A DNA stretch of 64,000 nucleotides from Tubiluchus corallicola (lineage: Eukaryota; Animalia; Priapulida). Positions 54,091-64,000 of the stretch are shown here, piece by piece. Location of the stretch: NCBI GenBank assembly GCA_030141605.1, contig JAQGDQ010000254.1, positions 124,001-188,000 on the forward strand. Direction: 5' to 3'. The notes below the pieces were generated by a model, which was not told where the DNA came from, ran no database searches, and saw only the letters and a program-made list of their open reading frames with translations. Position 1 is the first letter of the stretch. Every line of letters begins with the position of its first letter. The position numbers were made by a program, and so were the translations under genes.

Positions 54091-55859
54091 ATAAGGGATA
54101 TGAGGCCAAACGAAAATCATCCAGTATTGCCACCATTTCAAAATGCTTAGAAGATGGAAGGCTGGTGCTAGTTTTTTAAAGCCGTATGTTAGCTACTAGA
54201 GCACATAAGTGATTTTAAGCGTTAGTTATGGGTTGCTTTTCTCTTAGAACCTATATTTAGACACCAAAATCATGATCTTATCTATTCTAATAGTTAGGAT
54301 ATAACCTGTATATGCTAGCGATCCATCTTATTGGACATGTTGAAAATGGCGTCTATATAGGAGGATTATTTTATCTAAAATTAATCACCTTGACGGGTTC
54401 TAGCACTGTGCTAAATTTCATAACTTTTGGATGAAATTAGCAATTTGTCATAATTCTGCTGGGCGACGGGGACCAGGCGGCCATTTTCTTTTTTTTTTTT
54501 TTGCTTATACCTATTAACAATTATTAGTCTAGTTTATAATAAATCTTTAGGTGAAACAGGTAATATAACTGATCGGCATAATTTCTTCTTGCGTGGCGAC
54601 CATTTTGAAAACTGTGACCATTTTGTAACAAAAGTAACAGAAATGGATTGCAAAGGCCTTGGAATAAATCCAATCATTAATACTAATTTTCTGAGAAGTT
54701 GTTTTGATTTACATTGAGTGTGCAAAAACTGTGCAGTCATTTTATTTTTTTGCATTTTTGACCATTTTCCGTTAATTTTTCAAGCCGGCAACAGCTTTTT
54801 TCAGATTTAGCATGGTCACATTGATAAGACTGGCTATGTTGTCCACTTTTAGAAAAAAAATCCCCATACAACTTCATAGAAGCTTTTCATGATTTTCTTC
54901 CAGTCTATAGTGGCGGCCATTTTGAAAACGATCGACAGTTTTGAAATGAAAATTACAGAAATGGGTTTCACGGGTCCAACTACCATGTAATAGATGTCAT
55001 AATGGCTTTTTAATCTTAACTTTCTGGAAATTTCTTTTAATTCACGTAGGTTGTGCAAAAACTTGACAGCCATTTTGTTTTCCTGCGTTTTTAACCCCTT
55101 TCCGCTGACTTTTCGAGCTGGTAACTGCTTCTTCCGGATTCAGCATAGTCAAATTAGTAAGACTGACTATGATGCCAACTTAGGAAAAAACGCCCTAGAA
55201 CTTTATAGCAGCACTTTTTTAGGATTTGGCCCTAGACTAATGAATCCTAGAGAAGCGAATTGGTATTTCGCATTGGTTACGAAGCTTTCCTACAATAAAA
55301 TTGTAAAAACTGCCATTTGGTGAGAATGTTTAACAGTTTTCTGGGATAAGAATGAGGCGAGACAAACGACCTTACAGCTTCACAAAATAATTCTCGAGAC
55401 ATTTTTGCAGTCTAAAATAAAATTGACTATGAATACCTGTAATGTGTGTTATGTGATAGTACATGTCTAGTATTTATCTGGCATATCATAATCATATACG
55501 TCAAGTACTTATTATCTGACACAGATCATATTAAAACCTAATACATGCGTGTGTAAAAGTTTAGCTATTAGTGATAACAGCATCAAGTAACAAGTGATCT
55601 TTGATCAATCAATAAATTATCAATTGATACTTGATAAACACAGCCCTTAACAACAGCTGTCTTCTTTCACATCAATTATATCAACTCTTTCATAACGTTT
55701 TTTAATTAATGAAACTGGCAGCATTGACGTGTCTGCAAGTCACTATAGATAGTTCCCATTAACTATAATAACTGTAGTCTTATAATAACCTAGTACATGG
55801 CGAGCTCAGTTCACTACTGCGACAGCAGAAATGAAATAAATATCAGGATGGCCGGTGAA

Positions 55860-57293
55860 AACGATGACCAACTAAATGCTCGTTTATTTATTATAATCTT
55901 GATGTCAACTTTATCCACGAAATTTTAAAATCAAAATTAATTAAAATATTATAAAATGAGTGTGATTACTTAGAATCATTCTAGTGTGAGCAATCTCAGA
56001 TTTCATTAGAAATGTTGAAATTGGTTGGCCAGCTAAAAGGATGAACCGTGGACTGTCTTGATCAAGGGCATATGATGGCTTAGTGATCCAAGACATCTGT
56101 CTTGTAAGCAGAAAATCTAGTTCAAATCTAGGCTGTATTCCGACTTCCTCACACGTCCTGCTTTTCAAGTTTGATATCAAAATTTAATTAACTGTGAGTT
56201 GTACATTAAAAAATCTGTAAATGTCTATTTGTTGTCAGAATTACTTAATTTAATTGCTTATATCTGATATACAAGCAAGTATAATTAGCTATTTTACATT
56301 TAACAAATACAGTGCATATTATTCACATGATTGTTTTTCAATCGTTCATAGGCCTAAAGTACAAATTGAAATTCAGTAAGGCAAGTTCTATGGAGAATTT
56401 TGACTGAAAACCCTACAATCACACACAAAAGTTGATATGACAAAATGCTGTAAAGTAGTAATTAGCATAGCAACTGCTTTGAGATAAAAGTACAAAGCAA
56501 ATTAAAGATACACATGTAGTTACTAATATAATGGCGTTACAAATAGAATACATGGGTACATAAATCCAGCAATATTCACCGACTGTTACATATGTTAGCA
56601 CAGCTAAGCATTGAAAATGTAATATGAAAATCGAGCACAAAACAGAGCAACTAAATCTCGTATATAACACACGCAGTTAACTAAAATAGTTAAGATGCCA
56701 AAATCGACATTATAATCACAAATTATTAACAAAAGTATGAACGAGGTACAACTTTGAAATGGTCATCATCCGATAAAATTAGTTAAATTAGTAATCAATA
56801 GTCAATTTGCAGCAAAAATTTTGAACAATTGCTTCACAGCATATCTTGTTTTACAAACACATCAGATGAAACAGAACATCTACAATAAACAAATTAGTTA
56901 AAATACTAGGCAAACTAATAGCAGTTTAAAACCATAAATTACTAAAAATATTTAAGCAAAAGTCCCAAAAATGCAACTAATTAAGTTGGCCAAAAATCAA
57001 TTATCAGTTCTGATCAAGTCTGACAAGGACTGAGGCAAGCAGCAAAATGAGACAAGGCCTGGACTTGCTTGATACATTATTAATACAAATGTTGTCTCTT
57101 GCACATTAGCACAAATGCTATCTCTTTCATATTAGCAGCAATGCTATCACTAAGACCAGTTTAAGCTATATTTAGCAACTGTTCTGTCTAGTACTTTCAG
57201 GTTACAATATGTATACCAAGTGATACTTTTTTTACTAAATAAACATATGCGGAATGAACTAAATTGTACACAACTATCTAAATCTCACAATCA
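55860..57293 (-). other. Probable srGAP 3' UTR with polyA signal
   Basis: U-rich sense strand. AATAAA (plus-strand tttatt, 55883-55888) is followed by a GT-rich downstream element. Confidence 0.45.
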
Positions 57294-58794
57294 TTATACA
57301 TCACTGGATTTTAGATCGGTAAGTTTGTACTCTTTTGTCATTTGACGCGTTTGCTTTTCCGACTGAGTTCGGCGTAGTTGCATAGGAGATTTTCGGGCAG
57401 CATCCGGCGATGGAGTTGTCGGTAGGCTTGTGGAAGCATCGGGTTTTGTCTTTTCAATGAAAGTAACCGGTTTGTCTTTGCTAACGTTAGGGATCATTCC
57501 CAGTTCAATCTCCAGGTTGGACAGAGTACGAGAAATATGTGACGTCTCAGCCGAAAGCAATTCGTTGGAATATGACTGAGATCTGAACAGTTTGCCATAC
57601 TCCGAGCGAGATATGCGGTGCGGCAAGGAAGCACTATGGTCTACAATTGGTGCATCATTCCCGAGCTCCAGCGAAGTTGGGGTGCTTCTGCTAATACTGA
57701 GACTAGCTCCTTCTCCCTTCTTCAATGTAGATTGGCCACTTTTTGCAAAGGCATCTGCGGCAGTCAAAACCGGACTAGGTGAATGTCGTTTTGGTATTGG
57801 AACAGCAAGTCCAACAGGAGCTACAGTGCTGACTAAGACTGGAGGAAACTTTGAGGGACTAGCAGACGTAATTATAGGAAGGTCACAGACAAGATCAGGT
57901 TGGTCTGTGCTCAAACTACAAGCACTTCCTTTTCGGCTGTTACTCTGGCTCTTAGATTCTATGTACTCGATATCAGACTTGACAGACGCCATCACGTTAT
58001 CGAATTCACGGACCATCGAATCTCTGTATAAACCTTTGATTGGATTATGTGGACGGAGAACAACATTGGAATCAGTTTTTGGTGATTCACTTGTTTTGCC
58101 TTTTGCATCAGTCAATTTATCAACTTTATGCTCCTCATCTAGTTCACTCCTTGACACATCACTTTTAGATTTTGCACTCTCACAAGAACTCTTCCTATCT
58201 ACAGCATTCTGACTAGTAACACTTAAATCATCTTCCTGTATTGAAAGTGACTCTCTTGATAACTTTTTAGTCAACTCTTCTAAACTCGTTTCGACTTTCA
58301 ATTCGTTAGCATCCTTCATTAGCGCCGGACTACTATAACTATGCTCGTGTTTGCTGTTGTCATTAGTTTTTTTTCCAGAACTGAAAGTTGATACATTAGT
58401 ACACGGCATTGATTCACTATGCATTTGCACTTTATTCAGTGAATTACTGAAATTAGTTCTGTCCTTATAGGCATTTTGTTGACCAGAATCACTCATTTTG
58501 TGTCGTGAATTTGATGCATACTTTTCACTCTTATCAACATTAGAGCTGACTAATTGTGCATATGGAGAACCATCCTTTTCCTCCACTATTTGAACAACAG
58601 CATACGGACTGGCACCCACCAGTATATTGGAAAAAGTCGGTGAACAAGGAGGCGTCTTATCACTCACATTCGACGAAGGGGGAGAACGAGCAACAGCGCG
58701 AGAAGGAGATGAATGATTTGAAGGCATTGATGAACTCACGTTGCTGTTTGTTCGTCTGTTAGAATCACTGGACCATAAGTTGTCAGCCTTTTCT
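57294..58794 (-). CDS. SRGAP: srGAP terminal coding exon: ~500 aa Ser/Pro-rich disordered tail ending ...LKSSDV
   Basis: ttttcag|A acceptor at 58795-58796 is in phase 2 with the SH3 exon. It reads REKADNLWSS... directly into the 481-codon ORF 57294-58739 and ends at TAA. Confidence 0.88.
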
Positions 58795-59913
58795 CTGAAA
58801 ATAAAATAAAGCTAGCGTTAGTACTATGCAGAAGTTACAAGAATAAAACTACATGACTGAACAACATACATACATTTTTCATTGTTTTCCAGCTTAAATG
58901 AATTGCTTCATTACATTTGTGATTAACATTATGCTAGGATGAAAGTTATATTTCCGATGTATAACTGCTGGCCTCTGTGTCTATTAAACAGGTGCCCTAA
59001 GTGCAAATCACAAAAAGGTTCAAATTTTATCAGCATATCACTATCTCATTATAAAAGTATCCCTACGGATTATAAACCTGGCCTAGTAAACTCATGGTTG
59101 CACTCTCTATAAGTACTGCCATAATTAACTAATGGGAATGAGGCAAAAGTTCATTGTTGCTAAGAAAAAGGACGCTTGTATACCAAAACTGCCCATAAGT
59201 CAACGCAATTAAAACTGCATTATGATGCTTCAAAGTATCAGTATCTTATAAGATTCAAAGTATCTTATTCTTTACACATACGAATCCTAAACATATCCAA
59301 CTTTTAACGAAATTGTTTTAAATATCTATAATTTAAGTTTATGACACCTGCCCACTTCTCTGCCTAAAAATTGATATTGCAATTATGAAAAGAACTCCTG
59401 TTTTTAAACGTCGATAATGGATCCTAGAAACAATCGCTTTGCTAGTAGTTTTTTTTCTTGCCAAACCCTTCCTTTGCAAGAACCATCTGTTGGCTTTGAA
59501 CATAACTTTAACATGCTCTTACAAAGTCTATAACAACCATCCTTTCGTGGGGTTGCAGGAATGCAACAAAAACAATGGCAAACCTGAACAGTGATTTTCT
59601 CAAAAGCATGTTTTTTGTGTACACTGCGCAGCATGCACCCCAACTTCAACATGGATTATTTTAGCTTAGAAATAACGTAGAGCAATGAGTTTGGTATCAA
59701 ATGTACGAAATAGAGGTTTGGGATGTGTGAATAGGAAGTGAATAAGTAGAAAAGTTTAAATGCCAACTTATGGACATTTTTGCTGTGCAAACTCACTAAT
59801 ACAAAAAATGCTTAATGTATTTTTGAAAGATGCAAGGTGATCAAATATTCCCAACATCATAATTATGTCAAGTTATTTAAGTGCATTTTTATTAATGCCA
59901 TATTAAATCTCAC

Positions 59914-60091
59914 CGCATTTTCGTCACAGCTATATACTTGTCTGGCACTAGGCCAGCCTTGCCCTCGATGCTTCCCTCCCACCAGTCGGACGACACTTGA
60001 TTGTGAAGATTAATGGCGGCACCTTTACGAAAAGTCAGCTCACGTTCTGAGCGACCATCGAAATCAAACTGTGCAATAGCGTCAACAATCT
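59914..60091 (-). CDS. SRGAP: srGAP SH3-domain exon
   Basis: tttacag|AG...ATGCG|gtgag, 178 nt, phase 1 to 2. Encodes EIVDAIAQFDFDGRSERELTFRKGAAINLHNQVSSDWWEGSIEGKAGLVPDKYIAV, a canonical srGAP-type SH3 (AIAxFD, RELxFxKG, DWWEG, GLVPxxYI). Not in the supplied ORF track. Confidence 0.93.
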
Positions 60092-60748
60092 CTGTAAATA
60101 CATTAAGACATGTGACAGTGAAGCACTGATGTCATCCATGCCTGCAAGAGTTTGGTAGGTGTATGGTAGTTGAATTCATGATGGACATGATACATAGCCT
60201 GCAATGGGATTTACAGTATTCAATTCCATTCAAAATTTTATTCTTATCATAAAATTATAGTTAGTAATTTATATTAACAAAATAAAGACAGGTGGCAAAG
60301 AGGTCATCGAGCAGCCACCCCAATCTAAATAAGTGATTTTTAGATACCAAGCCTTTTTAATATGTGCACACGTTACACCAATTAGTTGTCTTACTATGTT
60401 TTGCAAATTTAATATTGTCCGACAAGACAATAACTAAAATTGTGCAAATGAGATTAATAAATTTACAGATATTTTGAAGTTTGTGGTGGACAAAATGAGC
60501 AAAACGTAGCAACGCAATAAAAGTTAACAGAAATACAGTCACATGACATGCAGTATCAATTAACTATGCAATATAAAATAAATTATATAAACTAAAATAA
60601 AAAGAACAGAAATAAACTGAAACTTTGCATTTCAATCACTTTGCTAATGCACATTTTGTTTATTTGCTACTTTACATTTATTAAATTACTATTTAATATT
60701 AATATTCAAGCTTGTATCGACAGTCGACTAAAAGCTTTTTTGCTTCAC

Positions 60749-60816
60749 CTTCATCACCAGAATCCGTGTCTGATTCTGATCCCGAATTCCTGCTGGTGTC
60801 TTGCATGTCACTTTGA
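60749..60816 (-). CDS. SRGAP: srGAP short acidic linker exon
   Basis: tttttag|TCAAAG...GATGAAG|gtgaag, 68 nt, phase 2 to 1. It exactly bridges the phases of the flanking exons and encodes SQSDMQDTSRNSGSESDTDSGDE. Confidence 0.82.
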
Positions 60817-62206
60817 CTAAAAACAAACAAGAAGCAATGATTAAAATTAAGGAGACACAAATCTAATCAAAATAGTAGCAAAATTCTTGCTAATTAAATT
60901 ATCTGTAACTGTAATGTAGTACAACTGACAAAGTAGTACACTATAAATCAATCGTGAGCAAATTCCTGCACTCACACAAAATACTCTATTGTAAAAGCAG
61001 CCTACTACATGTATATGCAGTGGCAATTTGCAAGCGATTTCTTTTTGTTCGAATGTTCTACAATAGCAAAAGTTTATTTATGACTGGGGTTCGCAAATTT
61101 TATTATCTTATGTCCAATTTTGCATGTGAATTGACACCATAACCTGGGCATCTGAACCCCACAAACTGCATTGATCAAAATAAACATCAAAACATAATCA
61201 TTATGCTTTTTGTTATTGCAACTGCATGCATAGTTTCATTTTTACATCAGAACTTGTATTTTGTTCTATTACAATTGTATTACAATCTATTGTAGTTTAT
61301 TAATTAATGAGACAGACAACCGAAACCAAACTCACTGATTACAAATTGTTACAAGACACGAAATCAAGCGTGGGCACGAACATTACAATGAAAGTATGTG
61401 GAACGAATAAACTGTAGAATTGCAAGCTGAGGCCCAGCAAATATATATTTGCACATTCAGGGGTATTGCTTATATGATTAGTTCCAGGAACATGCTTAAT
61501 TTGCTCCCATCTTACCAAGAAGCCATGGGCTAACTAAAAAACTGCCAGAGCTGAAAATGCGAATAGGACCTGCTGTTGAATCAAGATTATGTTTTGTATG
61601 CGGATCATTATCGTATTGGAAGCCAAAAACGATTGTTTTTTCTGCCAAAATATCGTATTTTCGCTCAAAATCCAAAATTATTGCATATTTGCAGCAAATT
61701 ATTATTAATGTATAGTTATGCACTTAATAGATAATTATAACACCAAAAAGTGGCATTAACAAATGCAAAATCAAAATACAGTAAAATGTTGTTAACATCT
61801 GATGTGCAGAATCAAGCTACACTGTCATCATCATGGGCATTTTTTTTTTGAGATCACTGCTTTTTCAGGAGACTGTGGCAAATAACAGTGACCAGCCTGC
61901 TTCAAACTACGATGAAATCAAACTTTGTTTATTTCCTGGTGGATAGCAGTAATGTTTTAAATGTTTTCAGTGCTCAGTTGTTTCAAACTTTCGTTTTTCT
62001 TACATATCTAAATGTAAACTATCATATAATTATCGATTATATTTTTTTATCGCATAGTCTCTTTTTTGTACAGTATGACGCCTCAAATTACCATATATTC
62101 TGATAATTATCATATAAATGGTAACTCTATGCATGTTGAATTCTAGTTTGCAATGAGGCAAAGTGTATAAAAAAGAAAACCATTGCTCACTAAAAATTTT
62201 CTTTAC

Positions 62207-62337
62207 CTAGTCTCAGCAATCGGAATAAAGAACTTCTCATACAATATACCATTCTCCTTACGAGGAAAGATCTCTTCCTGATGTACAATCATGTTCTTTA
62301 CTAGGGCATTCACGGCACTCTGGTGATGCACCGTGCT
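62207..62337 (-). CDS. SRGAP: srGAP coding exon (end of RhoGAP domain)
   Basis: tttcag|AGC...ACTAG|gtaaag, 131 nt, phase 0 to 2. Encodes STVHHQSAVNALVKNMIVHQEEIFPRKENGILYEKFFIPIAET, matching the srGAP VNxxxKxxIxxxExIFP...YEK segment. Confidence 0.9.
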
Positions 62338-62467
62338 CTGAAATCAAACAGCAAAAAATTTAAAAATAAACTGTCATGAGTACTTCTCAAGTATTTTTAA
62401 ATTTACATGTCACTTTTACCAATTAAAAACATCGAATAATTGGAATGCAACAAGTTGGGGTAAATTC

Positions 62468-62548
62468 ACATCATCATTGCCATCATCATCATCATCATCA
62501 TCATCATCACAATCATCATCACCATTTCAACATCATCTGTATCACCAC

Positions 62549-62596
<48 letters not shown>

Positions 62597-62645
62597 TATA
62601 TGCCCATCATCATCATCATTATCATCATCATTATATGCCCATCAC
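62468..62645. repeat. (CAT)n repeat inside an srGAP intron
   Basis: Directly visible; lies between the exons at 62207-62337 and 63030-63232. Confidence 0.95.
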
Positions 62646-63029
62646 ATCTATTACAGGCAAGATTTTCAAAAGAAATGTGCCTTCAAGACAGGTAAACACA
62701 GCAGTTAATCCAACAAAAAACTAGACACTACTGCTCATATGCCAGTTGCCTGTTAGCACCAATTTCTGATTCGGATAAATTCTGAATAGATTGAAACAGC
62801 CATATTCAGTTTTTGAAAGATTTTATGTGAACTTGAATCAAAATCAGGCGTTCAAAAGATGAAAGTTTTTTAACACTTCAACTGTTAAAAGCTACTTCAC
62901 ATTTAAATCTCTACAGTAGAATATTAACAATCAAAGAATATCCTTAAAACAAAATTATGTTTGCGTTGGCATCACAAATCATACAACAAAAATGCTATCA
63001 ATATGATGAAAACGTATCAGCACATTTAC

Positions 63030-63232
63030 CTGATTAGTATCAGAAGGCATCGGAAGCAGAGTTGGTCCAAAGCAAATAGCAAGGTTGTACGGTTCCATCA
63101 TATTTTCATCACTAAATTCAGATAGATGATTCAGAAAAGAAAACAGGTATCGAAGCACGACAAAGACCGGTCGAGGAAGAGTCAGCAGTAAGCTCCGAAC
63201 TCTCTCAACAAAATACTCGGTTGGTTCTAAAA
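63030..63232 (-). CDS. SRGAP: srGAP-family gene, coding exon (RhoGAP domain C-terminal part); gene continues beyond the window end
   Basis: Translates ...VERVRSLLLTLPRPVFVVLRYLFSFLNHLSEFSDENMMEPYNLAICFGPTLLPMP..., closely matching the srGAP1-3 GAP domain. Polypyrimidine-cag acceptor at 63233-63234 (alternative ttag 6 nt downstream); CAG|GTAAAT donor, phase 0. Confidence 0.92.
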
Positions 63233-64000
63233 CTGGTAAAAAAGAATCAAAATTAAAATCAGTAATTGATGACACTCATTACAGTTTGTTTTTCTATCAA
63301 AATTCATGTTCTGGGGCACTAGATGCACACTAAAAAACACTAAATCAAAATAATGCCAAATCTTCTATACTAAATTTTTATGCATATATTATATTTTGCA
63401 ACCTTAGTGGTGATGTAAAAATCTACATTTTTCCAAAACACAAACTAGTTGTAAGAGCATGATCACAGATGAAAGGGAAAAAATATTACAAAGTTTCCAG
63501 TAAACCATGAGTAAAAAGCACCTATAGTATAAATATACTAAACACTGCTACATTTTCACAATTTTTGTAACAAACAAGCGTGGTAACAATCATATATATA
63601 ATTTAGTACTATACTCAGTGCAGAACTATACTAAATAGTATTTCAGAAACATAGGAAAAATTAACGTAAACATATTTTAAAGTTAAAAAATATGACATCA
63701 CAAAAATTAGTGTTACATTTTGAGTAAAGACTACTTTGCCTCATGTAAATGTTAATATGCAATTAGATGGTAGAGATCTTGTATAACTACATACCTGAAA
63801 TTACTTGATTAATACTCCTTAGTGAAATTTACAAAGACAAACATTTCCAACAGTCATTATTTCCACATTAACACTAACTGACACACAAAAAGCAACTGTC
63901 TGGATTAAAAAAATATTTACTTTTACAAACCAAAAGACACTTACAGGCACATTTAACAAATTGGTCAAACATTGCAGCTGGTAAGAGCGGTTCCCTGAGT

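Larger units (their letters stand above)
52266..55190. mobile_element. Large composite foldback element: inverted arms rich in AAAATGGC, with nested insertions
   Basis: Left arm 52266-52660 is the inverted homolog of 54470-54860 (TAGCCAGTCTTATCAAT 52289-52305 versus ATTGATAAGACTGGCTA 54820-54836; ATGCCGATCA versus TGATCGGCAT). A second ~320-bp unit follows at 54905-55190. Confidence 0.7.

Noticed and set aside
58049-58062. TGGACGGAGAAC resembling miR-184 (also partial miR-124-, miR-31- and bantam-like seeds elsewhere)
   Set aside because: Matches stop after about 10-12 nt with no hairpin; this one lies antisense within coding sequence.
57592-58762. Plus-strand 206-aa and 68-aa ORFs
   Set aside because: Antisense shadows of the srGAP terminal exon.
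61516-61572. Possible alternative srGAP cassette exon with a ttg|gtaag donor
   Set aside because: Each candidate acceptor tested gives a frameshift or an in-frame TAG.
63795-63830. Possible next upstream srGAP exon ending at tcag|gtatgt
   Set aside because: The required frame hits a stop within ~12 codons, there is no good acceptor and there is no RhoGAP similarity. The real upstream exon is probably outside the window.

Overview
AT-rich, microsatellite-dense animal genomic DNA, most likely an invertebrate bilaterian (lophotrochozoan-like by inference). There are no operons or CRISPR arrays. Two protein-coding genes are supported, both on the minus strand. The first is a complete single-exon SoxC (Sox4/11/12 group) HMG-box gene at 33289-34284. 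It has a compact TATA/CRE/CCAAT promoter and a long AU-rich 3' UTR, and it sits in a gene desert of at least 55 kb. The second is the last five coding exons of an srGAP (SLIT-ROBO RhoGAP) gene at 57294-63232, covering the RhoGAP C-terminus, the SH3 domain and a long disordered tail; all four introns are GT-AG and in phase. The rest consists of compound microsatellites, several non-autonomous DNA-transposon (MITE/foldback) families, LINE remnants and a tRNA-Thr-derived element. Nearly all other ORFs in the track are repeat artefacts or antisense shadows. I found no clearly new multi-gene system. The most interesting signals are regulatory (SoxC promoter palindromes, a start-stop uORF, Pumilio/ARE sites, a Sox/POU site cluster) and structural (a pentanucleotide array that cycles through four motifs, and a ~2.9 kb foldback). 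All alignments were made by eye.
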